Positions 1 through 12,680 of a DNA stretch of 36,307 nt are shown here, piece by piece. Each line of letters starts with the position of its first letter. The first letter of the stretch is position 1. Where the stretch lies: assembly GCA_044351685.1 (NCBI GenBank), contig JBILFK010000001.1, positions 1 through 36,307 on the forward strand. The letters run 5' to 3'. The notes under the pieces are model-generated. The model saw nothing but the letters and a program-made list of their open reading frames with translations, ran no database searches and was not told where the DNA came from. This DNA comes from Rickettsiales bacterium. Its GTDB lineage: Bacteria; Pseudomonadota; Alphaproteobacteria; Rickettsiales; UBA3002. The position numbers were made by a program, and so were the translations under genes.

Positions 1-52
1 AAATTTTAAGAAAGCTTTGTTAACTTTACACTAGGTAAGACTAGGGTTAACA

Positions 53-562
53 ATGCGCGCTATGGCAAAAAAATCACTACTGAAGAACTCCGAGGGCGCC
101 GCCGCTTTGGAATTTGCACTGGTATTCCCGGTGATGATTTTCTTTGTGATGGCCATTATCGAATTTGGCCTGATTATGCATGTCAACACGCTGGTCGATA
201 ATGCTACGCACGAAGGCGCACGCTTAGGCACCACCGGCAACACCTATGCTGACCTCAACGCCACCGGCTTAGAGCGCAAAGAATTTATCGATAGTTATAT
301 TCGCGATCAATTAGGTAACTGGGTGCGCAGTAGCGACCAGTTAAACGTGACCACCAAAATTATCGGCGCCAACATTGGTGCTGTGGGAAATAACTTAACC
401 ACGGTGGGGCATCAGGGATTTGGTAGTGGCGGCGAGGCCGTTGTCTATAATGTGCAATATAAGTGGCAAATTCTTACACCGATTATGGCCAATATCATTG
501 GCGAAGATGGCAATTTTCTTATGACCGCTACTGCTGTCGTGAAGAACGAAAATTTCAAATAG
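53..562 (+). CDS. TadE-like Flp/Tad pilus pseudopilin (minor pilin)
   Basis: 169-aa ORF. The N-terminal 'EGAAALEFALVFPVMIFFVMAIIEFG' hydrophobic segment followed by 'NATHEGARLG' is the classic TadE-like N-terminal domain. It sits beside further Tad-type genes. Confidence 0.8.
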   Translation: MRAMAKKSLLKNSEGAAALEFALVFPVMIFFVMAIIEFGLIMHVNTLVDNATHEGARLGTTGNTYADLNATGLERKEFIDSYIRDQLGNWVRSSDQLNVTTKIIGANIGAVGNNLTTVGHQGFGSGGEAVVYNVQYKWQILTPIMANIIGEDGNFLMTATAVVKNENFK

Positions 563-578
563 GCATATACCAACAGAG

Positions 579-1157
579 ATGACACAGAAAAAGCAGAGGA
601 TATTAGAACGATTCTACCGTGACGAAGGCGGTGTCGCCTTCCTTGAATTCGTGTTTATGCTGCCGGTATTTATTATCATTTTTTATGGGCTTATTGAAGT
701 ATCGCGACTCATTCAAATGCACCAAAAAATGGGAAATGCTGCGCATTCTGTCACCAATCTTATCAACCAGAATTTTAACATCAGCAATGCGCTGATTAAC
801 GAATATGCCAGCACACTTCCCGCGATGGTTTCGCCGTTCGATTCCGAAGGGGTGGGCATGATAGTCACTGCGATTGAAGTGCCGCTTACTGCCACGCAAC
901 CCATCACGGCGTGGCAACGCCAATCAGGCGTGGTGCGCGCCAGTCGCGTATCGGGCGGACAAGGCGCAGTGCCGACGCTGCCTTCGCTAGCGCTGGTGCC
1001 AGGAGATCAGGTGATTGCGGTGGAGATTTTCCTCGACTACCGCCCCATATTGGATAATGATACAGTGCGAACGATGCTAGGAATCTCGCCTGAAGGAGTG
1101 TATAAAGTAAGCATTGCACGGCCGCGCTTTGGCGCATTTAATTTACCACCAGCCTAA
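579..1157 (+). CDS. TadE/TadF-like Flp/Tad pilus pseudopilin
   Basis: 192-aa ORF with a second copy of the TadE-like N-terminus ('GGVAFLEFVFMLPVFIIIFYGLIEVSRL'). Same strand, 16 nt after the previous gene. Confidence 0.75.
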   Translation: MTQKKQRILERFYRDEGGVAFLEFVFMLPVFIIIFYGLIEVSRLIQMHQKMGNAAHSVTNLINQNFNISNALINEYASTLPAMVSPFDSEGVGMIVTAIEVPLTATQPITAWQRQSGVVRASRVSGGQGAVPTLPSLALVPGDQVIAVEIFLDYRPILDNDTVRTMLGISPEGVYKVSIARPRFGAFNLPPA

Positions 1158-1189
1158 ACGACCACCATTTAGAGAAGTGAAGGTGTGAC

Positions 1190-1933
<744 letters not shown>

Positions 1934-1981
1934 GAAAATATAGTGATGCGTGCGTGTAATATCGTTTTAGGGGAGATTCCT

Positions 1982-2962
1982 GTGAACCAGATGAAATGGC
2001 GTAATCGCGTAGCAGGTGCCGTGCTATGCCTCAGCACCGTGTTTGCTTTGACCATGTTACCGCATGCAACCTATGCAGCCACACTGAACAGCGATGCTGG
2101 CTTTGATGTGGCCGTGTTCATGCAGAACGATATCAACGTCAACGCCGATGGCGGTGGTGGCGGCGGTGTTGGTGGCGGCGGCGGTGGTGGTGGCGGTGTA
2201 CCACCCGTACCGCCTCCTGTTGGGCCGGTGTGCCAACCTGCGCAAATTCCTGCCGTTGTTGGCACCATCGATGCTGCCATTGCTGCGATGAACAATCTGG
2301 CACGCAATAGTGGCCAATTAAACGCCACCAAAGCCGCGCTCGATGCCGTGAGTGCAGTGAACAGTGAAGCGAACACCAGTGGCGGCATGCGCCAGCTGCA
2401 AGATGCGTTGCAGTTAGAATATGATTATCTACGAACCCTGAGAACCATCACCGTGCAGGAAGCTTACTGCGCACCTGCGGGAACCATGGTAACCACCTAC
2501 CCGCGCGAAGGCTGCATTCTTTCTGGCACGCCCATCACGCTTGCTGATGGCACCACCAAACCCATTGAAGCTCTGAACCTGAACGATGAGGTAAAGGGCT
2601 ATCTGGGGCCGGTGAAAATTATCGCGCTCAACAAATTCACCCAGCGCGAAGACTTCATGTACAGCATCAATGGTGGTGAAGCCTTCTTCACGGTAGAACA
2701 CCCGATTCTGACGCCGAAGGGCTGGAAATCGATCGATTCAACAATCACTTCCGTGAAAAGCGATATTAAAATTATCGGCACACTTAAAGTGGGCGATACC
2801 GTGCTGACGGCCGACCGCAAGGAAGTGGTAGTGAAATCGATTGATAAACACAAAATTTCCAAAGGTGTCGATGCGTACAACATCTCCACCGAAGGCGATG
2901 GCAGCTTTGTTGCCAATGGCTACATTATGAAGGGCTTCAAAAACGTGCAGATGCATTATTAG
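1982..2962 (+). CDS. Secreted protein with poly-Gly/Pro linker and C-terminal Hint (Hedgehog/intein-like, BIL-type) autoprocessing domain
   Basis: The ORF is open from 1943. GTG 1982 lies 6 nt after a GGGGAG Shine-Dalgarno; ATG 1991 is an alternative start. Signal peptide 'MKWRNRVAGAVLCLSTVFALTMLPHATYA'. Hint blocks: 'G|CILSGTPITLADGTTKPIEALNLNDEV' (Cys codon 2513-2515), 'FFTVEHPILT', 'LKVGDTVLT' and 'GSFVANGYIM'. Confidence 0.7.
   Translation: MNQMKWRNRVAGAVLCLSTVFALTMLPHATYAATLNSDAGFDVAVFMQNDINVNADGGGGGGVGGGGGGGGGVPPVPPPVGPVCQPAQIPAVVGTIDAAIAAMNNLARNSGQLNATKAALDAVSAVNSEANTSGGMRQLQDALQLEYDYLRTLRTITVQEAYCAPAGTMVTTYPREGCILSGTPITLADGTTKPIEALNLNDEVKGYLGPVKIIALNKFTQREDFMYSINGGEAFFTVEHPILTPKGWKSIDSTITSVKSDIKIIGTLKVGDTVLTADRKEVVVKSIDKHKISKGVDAYNISTEGDGSFVANGYIMKGFKNVQMHY
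2150..2197 (+). repeat. (GGN)n tract encoding G6-V-G9, followed by a Pro-rich linker
   Basis: GGT/GGC codon run interrupted by one GTT, directly after the signal peptide region of the Hint-domain protein. 'VPPVPPPVGPV' follows. Confidence 0.9.
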
Positions 2963-2987
2963 GCAGCACATGATCAGGAGAACAGCT

Positions 2988-4394
2988 ATGAAACCTATGC
3001 ACCATATGATCCGTACGCTGATTGCTGATACGCGGGGAAGTATCCTGATTGTGGGGGGTTTCTCGGTTATGACCCTCACTACGCTGGCCGCGGGTGCTAC
3101 CGAATTCGCCAATTTCGTGAACCGCAAAAACATGATTGAAAATGCCGCCGATAGCGCGCTGCTTGCTGCGGCAACCGTGTCGCGCTCGCAGGATATCAAC
3201 GCGGTGGTCACCAAGTTTTTCAATGCCAATATTCCGGATGAATACAAAGATTCAATTGAGCTGGGCGCCATCACGGTGACCACCAACCCCGATACGCTCG
3301 AATGGTCGGCCACCATTGATGCTAAAATTAAAACCAAACTCGCAAAATTCATTGGCTTTGATAATTTTAACATGCGGCACAAAGTTTCTGTGGCTTGGGA
3401 TATTTCCAAGCGCTTAGAGACGGTGTTTTTGGTCGATAGCTCGGCCTCGATGTGCACGAATACCGTGCGTTCAGAAAAAGAAGATGGCGCGTTCGTGCTA
3501 AAATATGAACCCGACTTTACCTGCAAAAAACTCACCGCCATGAAGCGTGCGATGAGCTACGTGATTGATAATGGCCTCTCGAGCATTCAGGGGCTTGGTG
3601 GGCCAGCATTCTATGCAGGTATTATACCCTTTAACCACAAGGTGCGCCTGCCGAATCTCGATTCAGCACCGGAAGCATTGATTGGCAGCGAAAAGAACCT
3701 GACTGCTGAAAAAACCGGCCTCGATAAAAACAAATTCAGCACGGGGGATGCTAACTACTTCACCGATTTCACCGACGCCGAACCACTCTCGCCAGTGATT
3801 CCGCTAAAATCATTGAATACGGACGCCGATAAACAGGAACTGAAGGCGTTGATCAATGGCATTAACCAAAGCCCGGTTGGCCGTGGCTGGACACGCTCGA
3901 ACATTGCCGCCCTAACGTCTGCGCTGATGTTGGATCCGGATAATTATGCCGCATTCGGCGGCGAGAAGCCGAATGCGTTTGAGCCCGGTAAAACCGATAA
4001 AATCGTCATCATGATGACCGATGGCGCCAATATCGGTTGCTGCTATGCCGCACACCCGGAAGGCAATTACGATAATCAGTATTTGTATCTCTACGAAGTT
4101 GATAACGCGCACATGGTGGGGCTTGAAAACATGCCGGAACTGGCACGTTATCAGCAAAAATATAATATCCCGCAAAAAGGTCTCTGCTCAGAAATGAAAG
4201 AGCAAGGCATCACCATTTACTCCGTGGTGTATGATGTGGATGACCGTGACCCGGGCGGCAGAGCGATTAAAAATGTGTATGAGCAATGCGCATCGAGCGA
4301 GCAGCATTATTTCGATGTGCACGATGAAGAGCAGTTGCAGCTGGCGTATAAAACCATTGCACAATCGCTACTGCGTCTGCGTATCACCTACTAA
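2988..4394 (+). CDS. TadG-like pilus assembly protein with von Willebrand factor A domain
   Basis: The ORF is open from 2970. ATG 2988 is preceded by AGGAG at 7-nt spacing. N-terminus 'TRGSILIVGGFSVMTLTTLAAGATEFANF...ENAADSALLAAA' is the TadE/G-like pilus-assembly N-terminal motif. vWA MIDAS 'VFLVDSSASM' and 'KIVIMMTDGAN'. Confidence 0.8.
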   Translation: MKPMHHMIRTLIADTRGSILIVGGFSVMTLTTLAAGATEFANFVNRKNMIENAADSALLAAATVSRSQDINAVVTKFFNANIPDEYKDSIELGAITVTTNPDTLEWSATIDAKIKTKLAKFIGFDNFNMRHKVSVAWDISKRLETVFLVDSSASMCTNTVRSEKEDGAFVLKYEPDFTCKKLTAMKRAMSYVIDNGLSSIQGLGGPAFYAGIIPFNHKVRLPNLDSAPEALIGSEKNLTAEKTGLDKNKFSTGDANYFTDFTDAEPLSPVIPLKSLNTDADKQELKALINGINQSPVGRGWTRSNIAALTSALMLDPDNYAAFGGEKPNAFEPGKTDKIVIMMTDGANIGCCYAAHPEGNYDNQYLYLYEVDNAHMVGLENMPELARYQQKYNIPQKGLCSEMKEQGITIYSVVYDVDDRDPGGRAIKNVYEQCASSEQHYFDVHDEEQLQLAYKTIAQSLLRLRITY

Positions 4395-4462
4395 CCCGTT
4401 ACTTCAAAGTCCTTCGGCTACGCCTCAGTGTACTTTGAAGCAGATCAACGAATCGGGTGGCA

Positions 4463-4520
4463 CGAGTCTGCCTAGAGCCAGCGAAGCGTCGCGAAAGCCA
4501 GCACGGTGCCTGCTCGGCCG
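4463..4520 (-). repeat. Dispersed intergenic repeat, core module (copy 1, inverted)
   Basis: The reverse complement 'cggccgagcaggcaccgtgctggctttcgcgacgcttcgctggctctaggcagactcg' matches the cores at 16266 and 21054. Hand count against 21054..21111: 11 mismatches in 58 nt. It lies between the convergent tadG-like and rodA genes. Confidence 0.8.
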
Positions 4521-4527
4521 GGGCACA

Positions 4528-5652
4528 TTAAAACTTTGGCAGGTTCAGTTCGCGGTTCATATAGACATGCATCAGCAGTCCGCACGCCGCAAGCGTGGCA
4601 ATCATGAACGAGCCACCATAGGAAAGAAACGGTAACGGCACCCCCACCACGGGAATCATGCCCATGACCATCGCCATATTAATGAAGATGTGCACAAACA
4701 GCATGGCCGCCACCCCCACCGCAATCATGCGGCCAAAGGCGTGGCGCGTGCGCACCGCAAGCATGATGGCAAACCACAGCACCGCGCCATACAATACCAG
4801 CAATATCAGTGCGCCAAAAAACCCGAGCTCTTCGGCAAGCATCGTGAAAATAAAATCGGTTTGTTTTTCGGGTAGAAAATCGAGCTGCCCCTGCGAACCA
4901 TTGAGCAGGCCTTTGCCAAAAAATCCGCCCGAACCAATAGCGATTTTCGATTGAATAATGTTATACCCCGCCCCCAGCGGATCGCTCGCGGGGTCGAGAA
5001 ATGTCATTACGCGTTTTTGTTGGTAGGGGTGCAAAAACTGGTAAATAATCGGCACGGCTGCAAGCGCCGCCGTGATGGTTCCGGCGAAATACCACCAGTG
5101 AATACCCGCCATAAAACACATAATATACGCGACCATCGCCAGAATGGTTGCCGTGCCCAGATTTGGTTGTAGCAAAATCAGCACCGCCGGAATTGCCAGC
5201 AGCACAATGGGCACCATCAGCACCAGCAAATGCCGTGTGCCATCGAGTGTGGCGCTGTGAAAATATCGCGCCAGCGCGATAATTAGGCCAAGCTTCATCA
5301 GTTCAGAAGGTTGCAGCGTAATAAACCCGATATTCACCCAGCGCTGTGCGCCACCGCCGATCATTCCCATCGCTTGCACCACCACCAGCAACAGCACGCA
5401 CAGCACATAAAATAGGTAGCTGCTCGCAAGCAGCGTGCGCGTGGGCAGCAAGCTGATGCCAACAAACAGCACCATGCCCACCACCCATTTGGTGGCTTGC
5501 GGAATGGCAAACACAAACGGGTCGCCGCCTGAAGCAGAATATTGCATCACCATGCCATACGCTGAAAGCAGCAGCACCAGTAGTAAAAACCCGCCATGCA
5601 TATCTTGTAGGCGCCGCTGCAGGCGTTTCCATTTATGTGAAGCAAAAATCAT
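4528..5652 (-). CDS. rodA: Rod shape-determining SEDS-family peptidoglycan polymerase RodA
   Basis: 374-aa polytopic membrane protein with an FtsW/RodA/SpoVE-type sequence ('SELMKLGLIIALARYF', 'DFIFTMLAEELGFFG', 'PLPFLSYGGS'). ATGA overlap with the upstream PBP2 gene. Confidence 0.92.
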   Translation of the reverse strand: MIFASHKWKRLQRRLQDMHGGFLLLVLLLSAYGMVMQYSASGGDPFVFAIPQATKWVVGMVLFVGISLLPTRTLLASSYLFYVLCVLLLVVVQAMGMIGGGAQRWVNIGFITLQPSELMKLGLIIALARYFHSATLDGTRHLLVLMVPIVLLAIPAVLILLQPNLGTATILAMVAYIMCFMAGIHWWYFAGTITAALAAVPIIYQFLHPYQQKRVMTFLDPASDPLGAGYNIIQSKIAIGSGGFFGKGLLNGSQGQLDFLPEKQTDFIFTMLAEELGFFGALILLVLYGAVLWFAIMLAVRTRHAFGRMIAVGVAAMLFVHIFINMAMVMGMIPVVGVPLPFLSYGGSFMIATLAACGLLMHVYMNRELNLPKF

Positions 5653-7445
5653 GCGCCCGTTACCTCCAGCGTTTTGCGCATGACATCACGCGCAATGGGT
5701 GCAGCCGTTGATGCGCCACCGCCGCCATGCTCGATCATCACGGCGCAGGCATAGGTGGGGTTCCAGCTAGGCGCGTAGCCCACAAACAAGGCGTGGTGGC
5801 GGAAGCGCCAAGGAATCAGGTTTTGGTTTTGCCCGCGCACCGTAATGCGCCGCACCTGCGAGGTGCCAGTTTTACCGGCAAATTTATAGGCTTCTTCTTT
5901 AATGGCGCTGGCATAGGCTGTGCCAACCGGGCTATTCACCACCAAATCCATACCGTTAATCACTTCACGCAGATGCGCTTCTTCGATGTCGATGAAGCTA
6001 TATTTTTTCAGGTCTTCTTCGGTTGCTGGCAGCAAGCGCGGGTGAATTTTTTTGCCGCCATTCACCATGCGCGCGGTCATCACCGCAAGCTGTAGCGGGG
6101 TGGTCAACACATCGCCCTGACCGATGGCGGCATTAATGGTTTCGCCCGGATTCCAGCCAGCGTTACGCGTCGCCATTTTCCATGCCGGGTCGGGGATAAT
6201 GCCGGGGCGTTCACCCTTCAGCCCCAGCCCGGTGGACACACCTAAGCCAAATTCGCGCGCCATATCGGCAATACCCTGAATGCCCACAGCACGCCCCACG
6301 GTGTAAAAATACGTATCGCAGGAACCGGCAATCGCTTCTTGCAGGTTCACATGCCCGTGGCCTTCGGGCTTCCAGCAATTGGCGCGGTGATTGCCCAACA
6401 TGTAAAATCCGGGGCAGAAAATGCGCGTTTGTGCATTCACTTTTCCGGCAGCCAAACCGGCAAGGCCGGTAATCATTTTAAAGGTCGAGCCGGGCGGGTA
6501 TTGCCCGGCGATGGCTTTGTTGAGCAGTGGGTTTTTTTCATCTTTCAGCAAACTATCCCAGTAATTCTGGTGAATGCCTTTACTAAATTCATTCGGGTCG
6601 AAGCCAGGCACCGAAACCAGCGCTAAAATTTCGCCGGTATGCACATGCATCACCACCACTGCGCCGGATTGACCCACCAGTTTTTCAATAATAAATTCCT
6701 GCAGGGCAGCATCGACCGTGAGCTTCAACGTGTCGCCGGCCACGGGCTCCTGCGTTTTTAAAATGCGCACCGGCATGCCGCGCACATTCACTTCCACGTG
6801 CCGCGCACCTGCTTTGCCTTGCAGCTCTTTTTCAAACATCACCTCGACGCCATTTTTGCCGATTTTCATTTCCGGCAGATTCAGCAGCGGTTCATCGGGC
6901 TTCACATCGTTCTGCGCCACCCGCCCTACATAGCCAAGCAAATGCGCGGCATGGTCGCTAAAGGGATAATTGCGCCACTGCCCTTCTTCGATGCTTACCC
7001 CTGCCAACTCGGGCAAATGAAATTCGATGGCGGCCATTTCCTGCCATAATAAATGTTCACGAATCAGCATGGGCGGCGCGGGGCGCTGCTGCGGAATTTG
7101 TGCATGCAGTTTTTGCCATTCGGTTTTCGGCCAGTTGAGCAGGCGGTAAATACGCTTTAGGGTGCGGCGCGCTTCATCGGGGCGTTCGCGGTCGAGCATT
7201 AGGCGGTAGTTAATATCGTTCCCCGCCAGCACCACCCCTTGCCTGTCGGTGATAATGCCGCGCGGCGGCATTAATAGCTGCACTTTAATGCGGTTGCCTT
7301 CGGCCTCGGTTAGATACTCGTCGCCTTTAACGAATTGCAGATAATAGAGCCGTGAAAGCAGTGCCGTGGCACCCAGCGCCTGCACCCCGCCCAGCACAAA
7401 GGCGCGGCGAGTAAGCATACGTTGTTGATCCAGTAAGCGCGACAT
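5649..7445 (-). CDS. mrdA: Penicillin-binding protein 2 (elongasome transpeptidase)
   Basis: 598 aa with an N-terminal TM anchor. Transpeptidase motifs 'STFK' (in 'PPGSTFKMIT') and 'KTGT' (in 'FAGKTGTSQV'). Located between mreD and rodA. Confidence 0.92.
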   Translation of the reverse strand: MSRLLDQQRMLTRRAFVLGGVQALGATALLSRLYYLQFVKGDEYLTEAEGNRIKVQLLMPPRGIITDRQGVVLAGNDINYRLMLDRERPDEARRTLKRIYRLLNWPKTEWQKLHAQIPQQRPAPPMLIREHLLWQEMAAIEFHLPELAGVSIEEGQWRNYPFSDHAAHLLGYVGRVAQNDVKPDEPLLNLPEMKIGKNGVEVMFEKELQGKAGARHVEVNVRGMPVRILKTQEPVAGDTLKLTVDAALQEFIIEKLVGQSGAVVVMHVHTGEILALVSVPGFDPNEFSKGIHQNYWDSLLKDEKNPLLNKAIAGQYPPGSTFKMITGLAGLAAGKVNAQTRIFCPGFYMLGNHRANCWKPEGHGHVNLQEAIAGSCDTYFYTVGRAVGIQGIADMAREFGLGVSTGLGLKGERPGIIPDPAWKMATRNAGWNPGETINAAIGQGDVLTTPLQLAVMTARMVNGGKKIHPRLLPATEEDLKKYSFIDIEEAHLREVINGMDLVVNSPVGTAYASAIKEEAYKFAGKTGTSQVRRITVRGQNQNLIPWRFRHHALFVGYAPSWNPTYACAVMIEHGGGGASTAAPIARDVMRKTLEVTGA

Positions 7446-7503
7446 GGAGTATAGTTACCCGGCTGAGGGGTGCGGTGGCCAGAGTAATTTGTAGTTTATT
7501 CGC

Positions 7504-8004
7504 TTAGGTATGGGGCATGCGACGCAACAGATAGCTGTAGCCGTGATGCACCAACGGATAGAACAGTATGGTGCTTGCCAGATACGGCAGGCTTGCGTGC
7601 AGCGTGCCATGCTCCAGATCAAGCAGCCTTACCGCCGCATACGCCGCCAGCGTATAGCCAACGGCCACCACCGCAAAGCTTGCCCATAGCACCCGAAAAA
7701 CTTGCCGCGAAAGCAACCTACGGGCAGGTTCCATAGCAAGTTGCAACACCACCGACAGCGTGGCATTCAGCCCCATCGGTGCGCCGAGCGTGATATCGGC
7801 CAGCGCGCCCAACAAAAAAACCGCCAACACCGGCATGGTTGCAGGCGCATAGAGCGTGAAAAAAAACACTGTCATCAGCAACATGTTTGGGTAGATGGGC
7901 AGCCAGCTAAAGGGCGCAGGTGTCACCGCCAGCAGCAGCAAAAAGCCGCACACCAGCACCGGCACCGCATTGCGTAACTGCGCCGAAATGTTAGTTTGAT
8001 TCAT
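7504..8004 (-). CDS. mreD: Rod shape-determining protein MreD
   Basis: Small polytopic hydrophobic protein directly after mreC. I prefer the ATG at 8004 ('MNQTNISAQL'), which overlaps the mreC stop by 14 nt, over the longer ORF start at 8058. Confidence 0.75.
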   Translation of the reverse strand: MNQTNISAQLRNAVPVLVCGFLLLLAVTPAPFSWLPIYPNMLLMTVFFFTLYAPATMPVLAVFLLGALADITLGAPMGLNATLSVVLQLAMEPARRLLSRQVFRVLWASFAVVAVGYTLAAYAAVRLLDLEHGTLHASLPYLASTILFYPLVHHGYSYLLRRMPHT

Positions 8005-8878
8005 GGCGCGGGGAGATGTTCCCTTCATACTGCACAATGCGCACATAGCCTGGCGCATCCAGCGGGCGAATCGGCTTCACGAGAATGGCATCATCGCTGA
8101 CACTAAAAATTTTGCCCACCATAATTCCCGAAGGCACGAGCGCACCATCATCGGTGGTGAGAATCATTTCGCCGGGCTTCGGTGCAGCATGCGGCGCAAC
8201 AAACGATAATTTTAGCATCTCGCCGCCAGTGCCGGTGAGAATCGCGCGCGTATCCGATTTACTAGTGACCACCGGAATGCGCGAATTCACATCAGTAATG
8301 CTTAGCACGCGTGCATGATGGCTGCTCAATTCCATCACCCGACCTATCAGGCCATACGCATCGATCACCGGCTGGTAGCGGGCAATACCATCGCGGCTAC
8401 CGGCATTGATCAGCAGGCTATGCGCATTGCCTGACTGCAAATCGGCGATCACTTTCGCGCTGGTGTAATGCAGTTGCGCCACGGGCTGATACGCCATCAG
8501 TTCGCGCAGTGCTTTATTTTCCTGTTCCAGTGCCACGGCCACCGCTTGCCAGCGGCGTAGCCCATCGTTTTCCTGTTGTAATTGCGCATTGAGTGCGTGG
8601 GCAGAAGCCATATCGGCAAGGTACGCCTGCGCATTGCGAAAGCTTTCGACCGGTGCGCGCACCGCTTCAAACACTGGCGCCAAGGTGGAAAGCACCTGTA
8701 TACGCGCCTCAGCAAGCGCCGGATGGTTGGCGCGGCCTAGCACCAGCAAGGTCACGCCCGTGACTAAACAGGCAACGAGTAAACCGCGTTGAATCAATAG
8801 CTTAGGTGAAGCACTTGCCTGTGCAATATCGCGTAATCGGCTCATGGGTGGTGTCTGCGCGCTATAATATTGTTTCAC
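7991..8878 (-). CDS. mreC: Rod shape-determining protein MreC
   Basis: 295 aa with an N-terminal TM segment, the coiled-coil stretch 'LQQENDGLRRWQAVAVALEQENKALRELM', and a beta-rich C-terminal part 'GLIGRVMELSSHHARVLSITDVNSRIPV'. Located between mreB and mreD. Confidence 0.85.
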   Translation of the reverse strand: MKQYYSAQTPPMSRLRDIAQASASPKLLIQRGLLVACLVTGVTLLVLGRANHPALAEARIQVLSTLAPVFEAVRAPVESFRNAQAYLADMASAHALNAQLQQENDGLRRWQAVAVALEQENKALRELMAYQPVAQLHYTSAKVIADLQSGNAHSLLINAGSRDGIARYQPVIDAYGLIGRVMELSSHHARVLSITDVNSRIPVVTSKSDTRAILTGTGGEMLKLSFVAPHAAPKPGEMILTTDDGALVPSGIMVGKIFSVSDDAILVKPIRPLDAPGYVRIVQYEGNISPRHESN

Positions 8879-8958
8879 TTACTATGTGAAATTGCTGGAT
8901 TTTCTGCAAGCGTTTTCGCAAAAAACCGTGCCTGCGCAGCATTTTTAAAAAAGGGGAA

Positions 8959-11191
<2,233 letters not shown>

Positions 11192-11195
<4 letters not shown>

Positions 11196-12562
11196 CGCGT
11201 CACTCCGGTATCGTGGGCGGCGGCAAGCTCTTTCGGGTAAGCTGGCTGCACACTCGCTTTTTGCCGTATGATGGCGGGAGCGAAGGTGCTGGTTTGCCCC
11301 ATGTAAATCGTGGCATCGCCCGCCAATGCATCCACACCCGCATGGCGCTGTTTGGCATTGGTGATAATCGGTGCATCACGAAACCCGGAGCCAAACGCCC
11401 CACGCAACCCAGTTTCCTCTAGCACCTGTTCGCTAACCGGTGGAATGTTATTCTTTGGGTTGCCAAACATCAACCGATCGTAAAAGCGTTGCACCACGGT
11501 TTCATCCATCGATGGGATACCGGTTAGCGATCGATGCGGTTGCAGCATCATGCCGTTTTCTACCCGCATATCATGATCATGAATGTTATAGGCCAAGGCA
11601 AATTTGGCGGCATCGGTAATAGCGGCAATGTCTTCGGGCTTAAAGGGATCATCCTTGCGTAACGCCTCCAGATACCCACGCACCGCATCGCGCATATGCG
11701 CATCGCGGCCTTCATTGGATTTTTCAAACGCCGCCTGCTCGGCGCGTGCCAACACGTGATTCACGTTGATCGTGTTCCAGTGCGGTGTGAGCAGTTCAAG
11801 AATGTTCGAGCTATAGACATGCCCCACCGCAAATGGCTTGCTGGCCGATGGTGGTTGATAGCTGGCAATCGCATCGTGCAGTGTTTTGCAATCTTTGGCA
11901 TTCGTGATATCGACCAGCACAGCCGCCATACGGCCTGAAGTGGCAAGCTGATGCAAATGCGCATAGCCTTGCAGCTCACCATCTTCGCCGCGCAAGCTTG
12001 GGCATTCCTGCGTGAAATCATCAAAATTCATCTGCGCCAATATGCCGGGTTTTTCAACATATTTTTTACCGTTAAAATCCCAGCCCAGATTGGTCGGCCA
12101 CTCTGGATTCAGATACTGATTGCGCACCGTCTTGGTTTCAAACGCGCGCTTCAATGCTTCGGGCGAATCGAAATCGCGCAGCATGGCAATGAAACCTTTG
12201 TAGTTTCCCTCGCCTTTCCAGAAGGCAATCTGGTTCGGATTGATATCGATGAACACGCAGGCATCGGCGCGGCTGCGCACCGCCATATCGAGGTTGAAAA
12301 ATCCGGCAGCGCCCACATGCACATGCTGCGCATCGCGCGTTTCCGGGCGCACATAACTATCGGCGACATGTTCTAAAATGGCTTTGCGGCTACGCGATTC
12401 GCGCACCGGAAAGGTGTGAATGTAATGCGGCTTCACATCATACGGGCCGAACTGGCACTGCATATCGAGATATGCCTGCAACTCGCCCGGGTGCGCTTCG
12501 CTGGGTTTATCGGGCTTTTTGCCCCACCCCAAAATAATACGGTTTTTCGGAAACATCCCCAT
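11192..12562 (-). CDS. Hypothetical protein, possibly Rossmann/SAM-dependent-transferase fold
   Basis: 456-aa ORF. 'HVHVGAAGFFNLDMA...ACVFIDINPNQ' and 'VGHVYSSNILELL' loosely resemble class-I methyltransferase-fold motifs I/II and a late motif. No family recognised with certainty. A second ATG lies at 12556. Confidence 0.5.
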
Positions 12563-12680
12563 ACTGTACCAGCAAAATATGACAGTTTTGTGAGGAATGC
12601 GCTTATTTTCAGGCAGTTAGTGGGGTGATTTGTCATGCAATCATCACATTTCTTGGCGATGATTTTGCGTAAAATACACT

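Noticed and set aside
2738-3541. 267-aa minus-strand ORF overlapping the Hint-domain and TadG-like genes.
   Set aside because: It is antisense to two ORFs with clear domain signatures. It has low-complexity Ser/Ala/Val composition and no start context, so it is a typical shadow ORF.
4231-4635. ORFs running across the dispersed repeats (4231..4635 plus, 20792..21190 minus) that share the peptide 'LPRASEA(S/T)R(K/R)PA'.
   Set aside because: The shared peptide is simply the translation of the repeat core. The ORFs otherwise overlap real genes out of frame or on the opposite strand, so they are a repeat artefact and not a gene family.
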